The notes below the pieces were generated by a model that was not told the origin of the DNA, searched no databases, and saw only the letters and a list, made by a program, of their open reading frames with translations. From the NCBI GenBank assembly GCA_964016885.1, contig OZ024751.1, forward strand, positions 5,394,001 through 5,458,000: 64,000 bases of DNA, given 5' to 3'. This stretch comes from Eledone cirrhosa. Taxonomy: Eukaryota. Shown in pieces: positions 27,750 through 40,300 of the stretch. The translations under genes and the position numbers were made by a program. Position 1 is the first letter of the stretch. Every line of letters starts with the position of its first letter.

Positions 27750-30700
27750 TAACCCGTGAACTTTTTCCTGGGCAAAATTATTCGAACAGACATGACCTCA
27801 TTGCCAGAGTGTTCAGACTGAAACTGGCTAAACTCATGGCTTTAATCAAAATAGGTCAGGTATTTGGGGCTGTAAAATGTGACATGTTCACCGTCGAATG
27901 GCAAAAACGAGGGCTGCCACATGCTCAGATTTTGATTTGGTTAGCTGATAAAATCAATTCAAATGCCATAGACAGCTTCATTTCGGCTGAAATCCCTAAC
28001 CCAGCAACTGACCAGGAATTACATGAAATCGTCAAAGCTAACATGGTCCGCGTGCGTTGGGTCCTAACGAGCATCACACGTGTCTGAAAGGGGGGTCGTG
28101 CAGTAAGGGATACCCCCAAAAATTCGTTGACCAGACTCAGACGGCCCGAGAACGGTGACTTCACCATAACAGTAAAGGGAGGTAAAGTCGACAATAGATG
28201 GGTGGTCCCTTACTGCCCGCTTCTCTTGAAGATGTTCAACGTCAACATCAACGTTGAGTTTTGCAACTCCGTCAAGTCGATAAAATACATATGCAAATAT
28301 GTAAATAAGGGCTCTGATGCCGCAATGTTCGCATTTCAAGCTGAAAATAGCAGGGACGAGGTCTCAGAATACCTGGCGGGGCGGTACATCAGTAGCAATG
28401 AAGTTTTTTGGCGCCTATTTGGTTTACCCCTATACCAACGGCACCCTGCCATCGTACAGCTTGCGGTACATTTGGAAAATGGGCAAAGGGTTTACTTTAC
28501 GGACCAAACCGCCACCAAGTTGGCCGCCGATCCGAAAGAGACCACTCTGACGGGTTTCTTCAAACTTTACCAGTTCGATACATTTGCGCAAACAATTGTG
28601 TACCCCCAGGTTCCATCCTACTTTATATGGTCGAAAAACACTTAGGTGCGAAGAAGTCAGGTCAGGCTATTGAAAGACATCCTGCTGTAAAATTTGACAG
28701 CTGCCTAGGAAGGGTTTACACTGTGCCCCCAAATCAATATGAGTGCTTTCATCTCCGCCTTCTTCTGCATGAAGTTGTAGGCTTACAAAGTTTTCAGGAC
28801 CTCAAAACTGTTGATGGAGAAATATGCGATACATACCGGTAAGCCCGCTTTAAGCGTTTTTTTTTGGAAGATGATTCGCAATGGGATTCCACTTTAGCAG
28901 AGGGTGGTTTGTTGAAATCACCTAAAGGTCTACGGGAACTCTTTGCCATTTGCTTCAAAAGTGTGAATTGCGTGATTCCCCCCCCAATAAAAAACGGACA
29001 CCCCTCAATAAAAAACGGTTTCCAAATAAAAAAACGCCCCCCTAGACCAAAATAAAAACGCCCCCTCCCATAAAAAACGGATCCCCCAATAAAAAACGGA
29101 CCCCCTAATAAAAAACGGACCCTCAATAAAAAACGGACCCCATCCCAATAAAAACCGGACCCCCCAAATAAAAAACGAACCCCACCAATAAAAAACGCCC
29201 CCACCCCTATAAAAAACGGACCACCCCCCAAATAAAAAACGGCCCCACCCATAACCACCCCATAAAAAACGGACCCCCATAAAAAATGCACCCCCAATAA
29301 AAAACGGCCCCCCCATAACCACCCCATAAAAAACGGACCCCCATAAAAAATGCACCCCCAATAAAAAATGGACACCCTCCCAAATAAAAAAGGATTCCAA
29401 ATAACCCCCTCCCCCAAATAAAAAACAGATCCCCCCATGAAAAACGGAGCCCCCAAATAAAAAACGGATCCCCCCAATAAACCCCCCCCCAATAAAAACG
29501 CTCCTGGGGGTACCGGAAAAACTTTTGTAACGAAATTGATTCTCGCTAAGATTCGTCAGGAGAAAAAAGTTGCGTTGTCCGTTGCATAATCCGTGATCGC
29601 TGCTACTTTTCTGCCGGGAGGCAGGACAGCACATTGAACCTTTAAACTCCCCTTGGATTTAGTAAAAACTGAGACACCAACATGCAATATCAGCAAGAGT
29701 TCACACAAAGCGCTGGTTCTCAAAAGATGTTGCCTCATTGTTTGAGATGAGTGCACAATGGCACACAAGGGTGCCCTTGAAGCATTGGATGGGACCCTGA
29801 AAGACATTAGGGATTCTACGGCGCCTATGGGTGGCGTAACCCTTCAGAAATCAGGGGATTTTCGGCAAATGCTGCCTGTCATCCCTAAAGGGACAAGAGC
29901 TGATGAAGTGCGTGCTTGCCTTAAGTTGTCCATGTTGTGGCTCCAGGTGAAGAGTTTGTACCTGAGCACAAATATGCGTGCTCATTTGCATGGTGACAAC
30001 ATGTCTGCAGCATTTGCTCAGAACATTTTAGCACTTGGTGAGGGCAAGGTGCCTCCGGATGACAAGGGCGGCAGAGAAATCGACTCCCTGTGCAACATTG
30101 TGAGCAGCCCATCTGACCTTTGGGAAGCAGTTTTTCCTGATGTCTCATCTAACTTTAAAAACCTCGATTGGCTCAGCGAAAGAGCCATCCTTGCTCCGAA
30201 AAATACCATGGTTAATTTTATTAACGAGCAGCTGATCGTGAAGATTCCCGGTAAAGAGCACATCTTCAAATCTATCGACCGGACATCAGACCCCGAAGAT
30301 ATCGTTAATTATCCGGTTGAGTTATTAAATTCCCTTGAGCCCCCAGGGCTCCCACCTCACACTATTAAGCTTAGGGTTGGCTGTCCCATTATGCTAATAA
30401 GGAACTTGCGTCCACCAAATCAGTGCAACGGTACACGCATGATCGTCAGGTCACTGACACCCCACTTGATTGAGGCCACCATTGTAACGGGGAGAATGTT
30501 TTCATTCCAAGGGTGAACCTTTTCCCCTCGGCGTCAGATATCCCGTTCGATTTTCGGCGATCCCAATTCCCGGTGAGACCATGTTTTGCCATGTCCATTA
30601 AAAAGTCACAAGGGCAAACATTGTCGGTGGCGGGCATCCATTTGGGGGAGCCATGCTTCTCCCATGACCAACTTTATGTTGCCTGTTCCCGCGTAGGGAA

Positions 30701-30770
30701 CAGAAATGGACTTTTTGCTTACACTCCTCAAGGGATGACACGCAATATCGTCTACAAAGAGGTGCTATAG
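27750..30770 (+). pseudogene. Helitron RepHel (HUH Rep + Pif1-family helicase), multiply disrupted
   Basis: VEWQKRGLPHAQ (HUH decayed), DNRWVVPY, SIKYICKYVNKG, APGGTGKT (29500-29523), DECTM, GDFRQMLPV, ILAPKN, CNGTR, QFPVRPCFAMSIKKSQGQT, QLYVACSRV. Confidence 0.93.
28978..29499. repeat. ~20-bp minisatellite block (CCCCCAAATAAAAAACGGA) inside the RepHel ORF
   Basis: Reverse complement of the G-rich unit at 21800-25620. Confidence 0.9.
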
Positions 30771-31622
30771 ATGTTGGTGCAGGTGTTGGAGGTGTTGGAA
30801 CTATGCCGTCTGAAACACTATTTCCTGGTAGGGTATCCCATGGCGGACAGATCTGACACCTAGCGGCATCAGGGCCACCATCTTGCAACTTTGGTCTACT
30901 AAATTCGTTATTGGAAGATTATTAACCCATCATTGATTGTCCAAAATGCTAATTGGTTCGTAACTTTAAATAACTGGCTCAACTGCTTTATGCACTTAAT
31001 TGATAAGCTTATTCGCTTTCAAGCCACGTTTACCTGTATGAAACTTTTCATAGCAAATGAACTAACCCGAGCAACGCCGGGCTAAACTGCTAGTATATTA
31101 TATTTGTTAGTGTTTTCGTTCTGTAACCATTATAGTAAATGAGTTTAAAAAAAAAAGAGTTAATAAATAAATAAAGAGTTAATAAATAAATAAAACGTTA
31201 TACCTCTTTTACCCTCCCATTTCCAATTTCACCGAACGCTGATATCATGACTATGTGTGTGTTTGTGTAAATGTATGTGTGAATGTATGTATGTTTGTGT
31301 GAATGTATGTGTATTTGTGTGAATTATGTCCGTGAGGGTGTATTTTTATAAGTTTGTGTTTGCGCGATTATAGTTATATACTCATATAGTTATATACTCA
31401 GACATATAGATGTATGTGCACACTCATACGCGTCAGCGTGTAGAAAATCATAATCTCTCTCATCACACACTCTCGCTATATATATGGTAGTTGAAGTGGT
31501 GGTGATGGCGACGATATACCGGAAGTGCCACTTTGAAAAGAAGTCAATTTTAAATTATTTATTTTTACGAAATTATTTATGTTTACGAAATTTAGTACAT
31601 GAATTATATAATATTCATTCAT

Positions 31623-31804
31623 TGGATTGGCAGTATCGGTAGAGGGTCGGACGCCATGCTTTGACGCATAGAGTTACGGCCCTTGCCATTCTGAGTTCAA
31701 ATCCCGCCGAGGTTAACTTTGCCTTTCATCCTTACGGGGTCGATAAAATAAAGTACCAGTAATGTACTGGGTAATTTCTGGCCTTGTGCTAATAGTAGAA
31801 ACAA
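31623..31804 (+). mobile_element. tRNA-derived SINE
   Basis: TGGCAGTATCGGTAGAG head, GAGTTCAAATCCC B-box, conserved core. Confidence 0.82.
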
Positions 31805-32074
31805 TTATTTATTCAAAGTAATCCAACTTATTTTACTGACTGGATTAAAAGAAATAAACCGTACGCAGTCCCGCAGACCTTCCTTTATTATAGTTTAGAT
31901 ATACTGAAGCGAAACCAAACCAAACAGTAAGTGTGTTTTATTATTATTTTTGGCAATATTAGGACAACATGACCCTCCACAAATATAACAATATATGTTT
32001 CAACACACGATTTCATATAAAAAAAAAACCTTGCAAAACAAATACATTACCGCCACTAAAATATGAATAAATTA

Positions 32075-32337
32075 AGTATGCTTTGTTGAGATCTTTGCAA
32101 GGTCGAGGGTTTAATTCACGGAAGGGTGGCGTGTTTTGTCTCTGAAAAAACTCCTCCATTTATGTTACTCCATTTCACGCAAATGAGAAACAAATGAATA
32201 CCAGCAGCCACTGGGGGATAAATCTTACGACAAACTGTCATCATATTTAGAGAGGAGTACGCTCAATCGCTTCATACCTATGACATCGTAAAAAGCTACG
32301 GCCTGGTGAGTATGTGGGCATGTGATAAACTTTAACA
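32075..32337 (+). mobile_element. Highly decayed SINE of a second family (similar remnant at 33610-33828)
   Basis: Degenerate B-box; TGTCCTT.AGCAAGACA.TT.ATTTCACGTTGC-like core; CGCTTCA..tail. Confidence 0.4.
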
Positions 32338-33185
32338 ACAAAACCGCAGTGTACTTGTTACATTAATCTTCTTATGACGTGTCTATAAATTTATCAACTC
32401 TGTTTACATATTCTGATATTCCTAAGCAACAATTATACCTGAAAAACATTCCTCCCTCACTTTAATTAATTATTATAGTTTGATCAAACTGATATATAAC
32501 TTTGGATTCATATCCTATTATTAAAGTTTACCGACCGTAATTTGCAAAAATATTTGAAGTATCAAAACATAAATAACAATTTAACATTTGGTAGAAAACC
32601 GTCAAGAAATGGTCAATGCGATAATTATACGTAATTGGTGAGTTTCAGATTATTTCATTATATTCAAAGTATTTGAGAGAAGATAATTTATGAATTCCTT
32701 TGAACCGATGTCTTTGAATGGGTCATTTCGCTACTCAGATCTTCTAAGTCAGCAATAATATAGAACCGCTTCAAAACAGCGCACATTTTACATTAGAAAA
32801 CATGATTTAACGTTAGACATCTCTTTAATTATTGAGGTCTTAAAATAACTTAAAGTAATAATTAAAAACGAAACACACATGCACATGAACACCCGCCACC
32901 CTCATGTATGTTTAAAATAGTTTACACAGTACGGAAATTATCACATAAATAATGGAAAATGAATGATATTAATAATGGAAGAATAGGATTATATTTCTAA
33001 GTTCTATTATCAATTTCTCCTGTCTGGTTCTTCCAAGCATTGAAAGAAAAAATCGTTATGTAGTTATAAATATAGTGGTCTCGATATATAGAGGATTTAC
33101 ACGTTCAGACTATTTGAGGCTATGAAAAAAATCATAAGATTAAAGTCGTGAAATATGTAATAACTGAAGGATGTTGAGGAAGTAA

Positions 33186-33546
33186 AGAAAGAGAGAGAAA
33201 TTGAGTGATAGAAAGATAGATAGATATATAGAGAGAAAAAAAGAAAGAAAAAGAGAAAAAGAGAGGGATAGAGAGAGAGAGAGAGAGAAAGAATGAGAGA
33301 GAGGGGGAGAAAAGAGAGAAAGGGAGAGAGGGCGAGAGAAAGAGGGAGAGAGAGAGACAGAGAGAGACAGAGAGAGAGAGAAAGAAAGAATGAGAGCGAG
33401 GGGGAGAAAAGAGAGAAAGAGAGAGAGGGCGAGAGAAAGAGGGAGAGAGAGACAGAGAGAGACAGAGACATAGAGAAAGGGAGAGAGAGAAAGAAAGAAA
33501 GAGATAGATAGAGAGAGAGAGAGAGAGACAGAGAGAGAGAGAGAGA
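33186..33546. repeat. Degenerate (GA)n polypurine tract
   Basis: Seen directly. Confidence 0.9.
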
Positions 33547-34504
33547 ATAAATTGTAGCGTTCATCACATGTGAAAAGTTACACGAAACTAGTTGAGGAAA
33601 ATAGCGAAAGAAAGATGTGTCCTTCAGCAAGACATTTAATTTCACGTTGCGCTTGATCACTCATCCGAAAAGAAATGTGTATCTGCCGCAGGTGGGCCAT
33701 AACACTTCGACGATTGACCCTTTTCTTCAGTCAGGTGGGATTCTTATAATCTCAGACGCTTCACACCAAAGAGACTAGTATAAGCTCGGATTATAAGGAG
33801 CGTCAGGGCTTGAAATTTACTTAAACGTTTGAACTAAATTAACTCAGATAGATATAGATTATGGTCTCATTGTGGTCAATCAGATATATTGCTTGGTTAT
33901 CTAGTGATCCAGGGAAATGCCGCACCTCGTTCATTTATGAAAGAATCAGCTCAATTTTCCCCTCCCCATTCTTCTGTGACACTAGAGCATTTGCTATTCC
34001 ATTCTCTCTTCTCAATCTAAGTATTCTTTTTTTCTTTTTCTATTAAATTGTATTCCTTAGTCCTATATGATCTAGAAAGATTCAGGTCTTGACCCTAGCC
34101 CCGAGTTACCGCTCTTGTTTTTCTACTGACCCAGTAATTTCATTTCCACAATATTAATTATTCGATTTAGAAAATAGTAAATTATATTTAGACGAGATTA
34201 TGTCCCAATATTTTCAACAAGCAGAATATTTATCATAAATGCTTATTAAATGAAATTTACGAGAGGAAAGTTTATATTACATGGATATAAAATGCATTTG
34301 CGTTTCAATTAACTGTTTGAATTATACATTAACTTTAAATAGAAGGAAAAATCTAGATATAAAATCTAATTTTATAGACATGAAATTAGTCGCAGAAATA
34401 TATTTTGAAAATATTCATAGAAATCGGATTATTAATTTTGCATTGTAATATGTTTCTGCAAAATATTTTTAATCACGGAATTCGAGTTTTATCAGGTAAT
34501 AGAA

Positions 34505-34536
<32 letters not shown>

Positions 34537-34551
34537 ATATACCCGCGCGCG

Positions 34552-34649
<98 letters not shown>

Positions 34650-34860
34650 ATATAGTTTAAAGCGTAAGTTAATATACGTAAAATATTTAACCGTCTATAA
34701 CATAAATTATGTTATGTGTACATAGTTTCCAATCTATATCTCTGTACCATCATTTATACAAACATACATCCATTTATATATGTAAACGAACACATATATA
34801 CATACATACACACAATGTATATATATATATATATATATATATACATGGATACATACATAG

Positions 34861-34925
<65 letters not shown>

Positions 34926-35023
34926 TAAATACATACATACAAACATTCACATATACATACACACATGCATACATACACATACATACACATACACACATAC
35001 ATACACAAACATACATACATACA

Positions 35024-35054
<31 letters not shown>

Positions 35055-35155
35055 GTGCATAAGACATTGTAGATTGCCATCTTAAGGATATTTCTATGCT
35101 TAACATTACCAACTTTGGTATTGATACCAGGCAAAATTTCTAAAACACATGAGAA

Positions 35156-35247
<92 letters not shown>

Positions 35248-35365
35248 GTCTTTAGAGAATTAGTACATTTACCAACATATGTGTACAGATGTTCACCCAT
35301 GCTAGCAAATATATATGTTATGTCTTAGTACCTTTGTGGTTCTATGCAGGGGGATGCAGAACAAT

Positions 35366-35698
35366 TATATGAAAGACGTAAAATAAGAAAATTTAAAAAA
35401 TTAAAATTCAACTTACTAAAATTTTCACTCCAACTAATTAGTTTCTGTAAGGGGATAAATATAGTTACATAATATAACCACTGAATTATTATTATTATTT
35501 TTATATGGGTTCCTAGTGTCCGCGCATCGCCTGGGAACTTAGCTGAGAATAGACTCCCTGATGACGTAAGGAATTCTCTATAGTTATGTTATGTAACTAT
35601 ATTTATCCCCTTACAGAAACAAATTAGTTGGAGTGAAAATTTAGTAAGTAATTTAATTTTTAATTTTTAAAATTTTCTTATTTTACGTCTTTCATATA
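35366..35698 (+). mobile_element. Short pLTR-type element with an inverted 5' arm
   Basis: 35366-35478 is the reverse complement of 35583-35698; a second copy of the body lies at 58055-58266. Confidence 0.8.
35553..35634 (+). ncRNA. Hammerhead ribozyme
   Basis: ACTCC CTGATGA cGTAAGG..CCTTACa GAAA C(T/A)AATTAG TT GGAGT. Confidence 0.85.
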
Positions 35699-35716
35699 TA
35701 TATATTTATTTATTTA

Positions 35717-35857
35717 TTAAGGGTGAAAGCAGCGATTCTTTGCTTAAACTTTAATCTGTTATTTTAATAAATATTTTCTCTAAGGTTCTTATATATTTGA
35801 TATATATTTATTCCTATCGAGCCATCTTTGGATTTTAGTCTTCTAATTTATTATTAT

Positions 35858-35860
<3 letters not shown>
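35717..35860 (+). mobile_element. 3'-terminal fragment of the Naiad pLTR family
   Basis: Matches 15994-16130; begins in the hammerhead stem II loop; ends in (TA)n. Confidence 0.75.
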
Positions 35861-35912
<52 letters not shown>

Positions 35913-35980
35913 TAGATAGATAGATAGATACATACATACACATGCACGCTCACGCATATATATACATATATGTATATATG

Positions 35981-36078
<98 letters not shown>

Positions 36079-36304
36079 CAATAATATCGTAATGTTGCCT
36101 AGTTTGACAATAAATATAAATTATTACTTGGAGTTGATGAAGGAAGTGTCAAATGTTTCTGTTACCCATCAATCCTGGAAGTAATTTACTTAAAAGAGAT
36201 CTTATGCAGCAATGTTTCTCACAGTCAGATCATTAACGGATTGTTGTTGAGTAGGTGAGATATGTAGACATCCTTATAGACAATACAGTAGTTACTATTT
36301 GAAA

Positions 36305-36305
<1 letters not shown>

Positions 36306-36335
<30 letters not shown>

Positions 36336-36432
36336 CTTCTTCTTCTTCTTCTTCTTCTTCTTCTTCTTCTTCTTCTTCTTCTTCTTCTTCTTCTTCTTCT
36401 TCTTCTTCTTCTTCTTCTTCTTCTTCTTCTTC
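36306..36432. repeat. (CTT)n microsatellite
   Basis: About 42 perfect units. Confidence 0.97.
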
Positions 36433-36959
36433 GCTACCGCCGCCCAATTATTCCTGAGAATACCAATTTAAGTGAATTATAACAATATTTTGTCAGATTT
36501 ATTTAAAACATCTTTAATGTTTTGATATATACCTAGTTACCAAATGTTATTTACAGTCTTCAACAACTTTCACACTTAAGTTCAGTTTATTGTAGCAAAA
36601 ACATCATCCTCTGTTTTATTGAAAGATATTCTGAAGCACTGATTTTATGATAGAATTTACAAAAGTTTGGTCACAAGTTTAAAATTACAATGTAAATATC
36701 ATCTAAAGCTTAGCTGCACTTCCAAAATACGAAGACCACATGATATTATCTAGAGAGGAGCTACAATTCACAATACAATACCAAACAATACTATCTGAAG
36801 ACAGAAATATTTCCCAAGACCAGCATGATACAGTATTATCAGAAGACTGTTTGTACTTGCAAAGCAAGTATTAGGTAGAGACAAGCGGCATTTCTTAACA
36901 CTTAGAACATACAGCAATGAGTAAAGACTGGCACCACATTCTAAGATCAAGAAGGGAAA

Positions 36960-37322
36960 GCATTAAGTAAAAACTAGACCCATTTACCAAGACTAAGAAC
37001 AAACATCAATAGGTAAAAACTTGACACACTTACCAAGACTAAGAACATACATCAATAGGTAAAGACTTGACCCACTTACAAAAACTAAGAATATATATCA
37101 ATAGGTAAATACTTGACCCACTTACAAAGATTAAGAACATATATCAATAGGTAAATACTTGACCCACTTACAAAGATTAAGAACATATATCAATAGGTAA
37201 AGACTTGACCCACTTACAAAGACTAAGAACATACAGCGTTAGGTAAAGACTTGACCCATTTCTTAAGACTAACAACACACAGCATTAAGCAAAGACAAGG
37301 ACCACTTACCAAGACTAAGAAT
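36960..37322. repeat. 45-46-bp tandem repeat, a divergent relative of the main satellite
   Basis: AAAGACTTGACCCACTTACMAAGACTAAGAACATAYATCAATAGGT, about 8 copies. Confidence 0.85.
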
Positions 37323-37344
37323 ATGGTGTATAGATCTCCAGTAC

Positions 37345-40300
37345 TTTCCAAGACCAACACGATAAAACCTAATTAAAGAGAGACTATAAATCACAATACC
37401 AAGACAACAAGGTAATGATTGAAGAGAGATTATAAATCACAATACCAGGCCGACAAAGTACTAATTAAAAACAGATCATATGTCACAATACCAAGACGAC
37501 AAGGTACTAATTAAAGACGGACTATAAATCACAATACCGAGAAAAGAAGGTACTAATTAAAGACAGATTATAAATCACAATACCAAGACTACAAGGTACT
37601 AATTAAAAAGAGACTATAAATCACAATACCAAGAAAACAGGGTACTAGTTAAAGACAGACTATAGGTCACAATACCAAGACAACAAGGTACTAATTAAAG
37701 ACGGATTATAAATCACAATACCAAGACAACAAGGTAGTAATTAAAGAGACTATAAATCACAATACCAAGACAACAAGGTACTGATTAAAGAGAGACTATA
37801 AATCACAATACCAAGACAACAAGGTACTAATTAAAAAGAGACTATAAATCACAATACCAAGACAGCAACGTACTAATTAAAGACAGACTATAGGTAACAA
37901 TACGAAACAACAAGGTAATAATTAAAGATAGACTATAGGTCACAACACCAAGACAACAATGTACTAATAAAAGACAGACTATAAATCACAATACCAAGAC
38001 AACAAGGCACTAATTAAAGACAGACTATAGCTCACAATACCAAGACGACAAGGTACTAATTAAAGAGAAACTATTAATCACAATACCAAGACAACAAGTA
38101 CTAGTTGAAACGGACTATAAATCACAATACCAAGGAAATAGGGTAATAATTAAAGACAGACTATAAATGACAATACCAAGACAACAAGGTACTAATTAAA
38201 GTCAGTATATAGGTTACAATACCAAGACAACAGGATACTAATGAAAGACAGACTATAGGTCACAATACCAAGACAACAATGTACTAATTAAAGACAGACT
38301 ATAATGTCACAATACCAAGACAACAAGGAACTAATTAAAGAGAAAATATAAATCACAATATCAAGACAACAAGGTACTAATTAAAATCAGATTATATGTC
38401 ACAATACCAAGACGACAAGGTACTAATTAAAGACGGATTATAAATCATACTACCAAGACAACAAGATACTAATTAAAGAGACCATAAATCACAATACCAA
38501 GTCAACAGATTACTAATTAAAGACGGACTATAAATCACAATAGCAAGACAATAAGGTACTATTTAAAGAGAGACTATGAATCACAATACCAAGACAACAA
38601 GATACTAATTAAAGACAGAGTATATGTCACAATAACAAGACAACAAGGTACTAATTAAAGACAGATTATAGGTGACTAAACCAAGACAACAATGTACTAA
38701 TTAAAGATAGACTATAGGTCACAAAACCAAGACATCAATATACGAACTAAAGGCAGACTATAAATCACAATACCAAGTTAACAAGGTATTAATTAAAGAC
38801 AGACTATAAATCACCATACCAAGACAACAAGGTACTAATTAAAAAGAGACTATAAATGACAATACCAAGACAACAGGGTACTAATTAAAGACAGAATTAT
38901 AGGTCACAATACCAAGACAACGAGCTACTAGTTAAAGACAGACTATAAATCACAATACCAAGACAACAAGGTACTAATTAAAGACAGACTATAAATCACA
39001 ATACCAAGATAACAAGGTACTAATTAAAGACAGATTATAGGTAACAATACCAAGACAAAAAGGTACTAATTAAAGACGGACTATAAATCACAATACCAAG
39101 ACAACAAGGTACTAATTAAAGAGAAATTATAAATCACAATACCAAGACAACAAAATACATACTAATTAAGAAGAGACTATAAATCACAATACCAAGACAA
39201 CAGGGTACTAATTAAAGAGAAATTATAAATAACAATACCAAGACAACAAAATACATACTAATTAAGAAGAGACTATAAATCACAATACCAAGACAACAAG
39301 GTACTAATTAAAGACAGAATATATGTAACAATACGAAACAACAAGGTACTAATTAAAGATAGAATATAGCTAACAATACCAAGACGACAAGGTACTAATT
39401 AAAGAGAAACTATATATCGCAATACCAAGACAACAAGTACTAGTTAAAACGGACTATTAATAACAATACAAAGACAATACGGTACTAATTAAAGACAGAA
39501 TATAAATGACAATTCCAAGACAACAAAGTACTAATTAAAGTCAGTATATAGGTTATAATACCAAGACAACAAGGTACAAATGAAAGACAGACTATAGGTC
39601 ACAATACCAAGACAGAAATGTAATAATTCAAGACAGACTATAATGTCACAATATCAAGACAACAAGGTATAAATTAAAGAGAGAATATAAATCACAATAG
39701 CTGGACAAAAAATTACTAATTAAAGGCGAACTATAAATCACAATACCAAAACAATAAGGTACTAATTAAAAAGTGACTATAGATTAAATACAGATTATAG
39801 GTCACAATACCAAGACGACAACGTACTATTTAAAGATAGACTATAAGTCAAAATACCAAGACAACAAGCTACTAATTAAAGACAGACTGTAGGTCACATT
39901 ACCAAGACGACAAGGTACTAATTAAAGACGGACTATAAATAACAATACCAAGACAATAAGGTACTATTTAAAGAGAGATTATGAATCATAATACCAAGAC
40001 AATAAGGTGCTAATTAAATACAGACTATAGGTCGCAATACCAAGACAACAAGGTACCAATTAAAGAGAAATTATAAATCACAATACCAAGACAACAAGGT
40101 ACTAATTAAAGAGGGACTATAAATCACAATACCAAGACCATGAGGTACTATTTAAAGAGAGACTATAAATCACAATACCAAGACAAGAAAATACTAAATA
40201 AGAAGAGAATATAAATCACAATACCAAGACAACAAGGTACTAATTAAAGACAGGCTATAGGTAACAATACGGAACAACAAGGTACTAATTGAAGATAGAC

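Larger units (their letters stand above)
27160..31093 (+). mobile_element. Helitron, internally deleted, both termini intact
   Basis: A|TC start at 27160; hairpin CCCGAGCAACGCCGGG (31066-31081); CTAG|T end at 31093; RepHel remnants inside. Confidence 0.93.
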
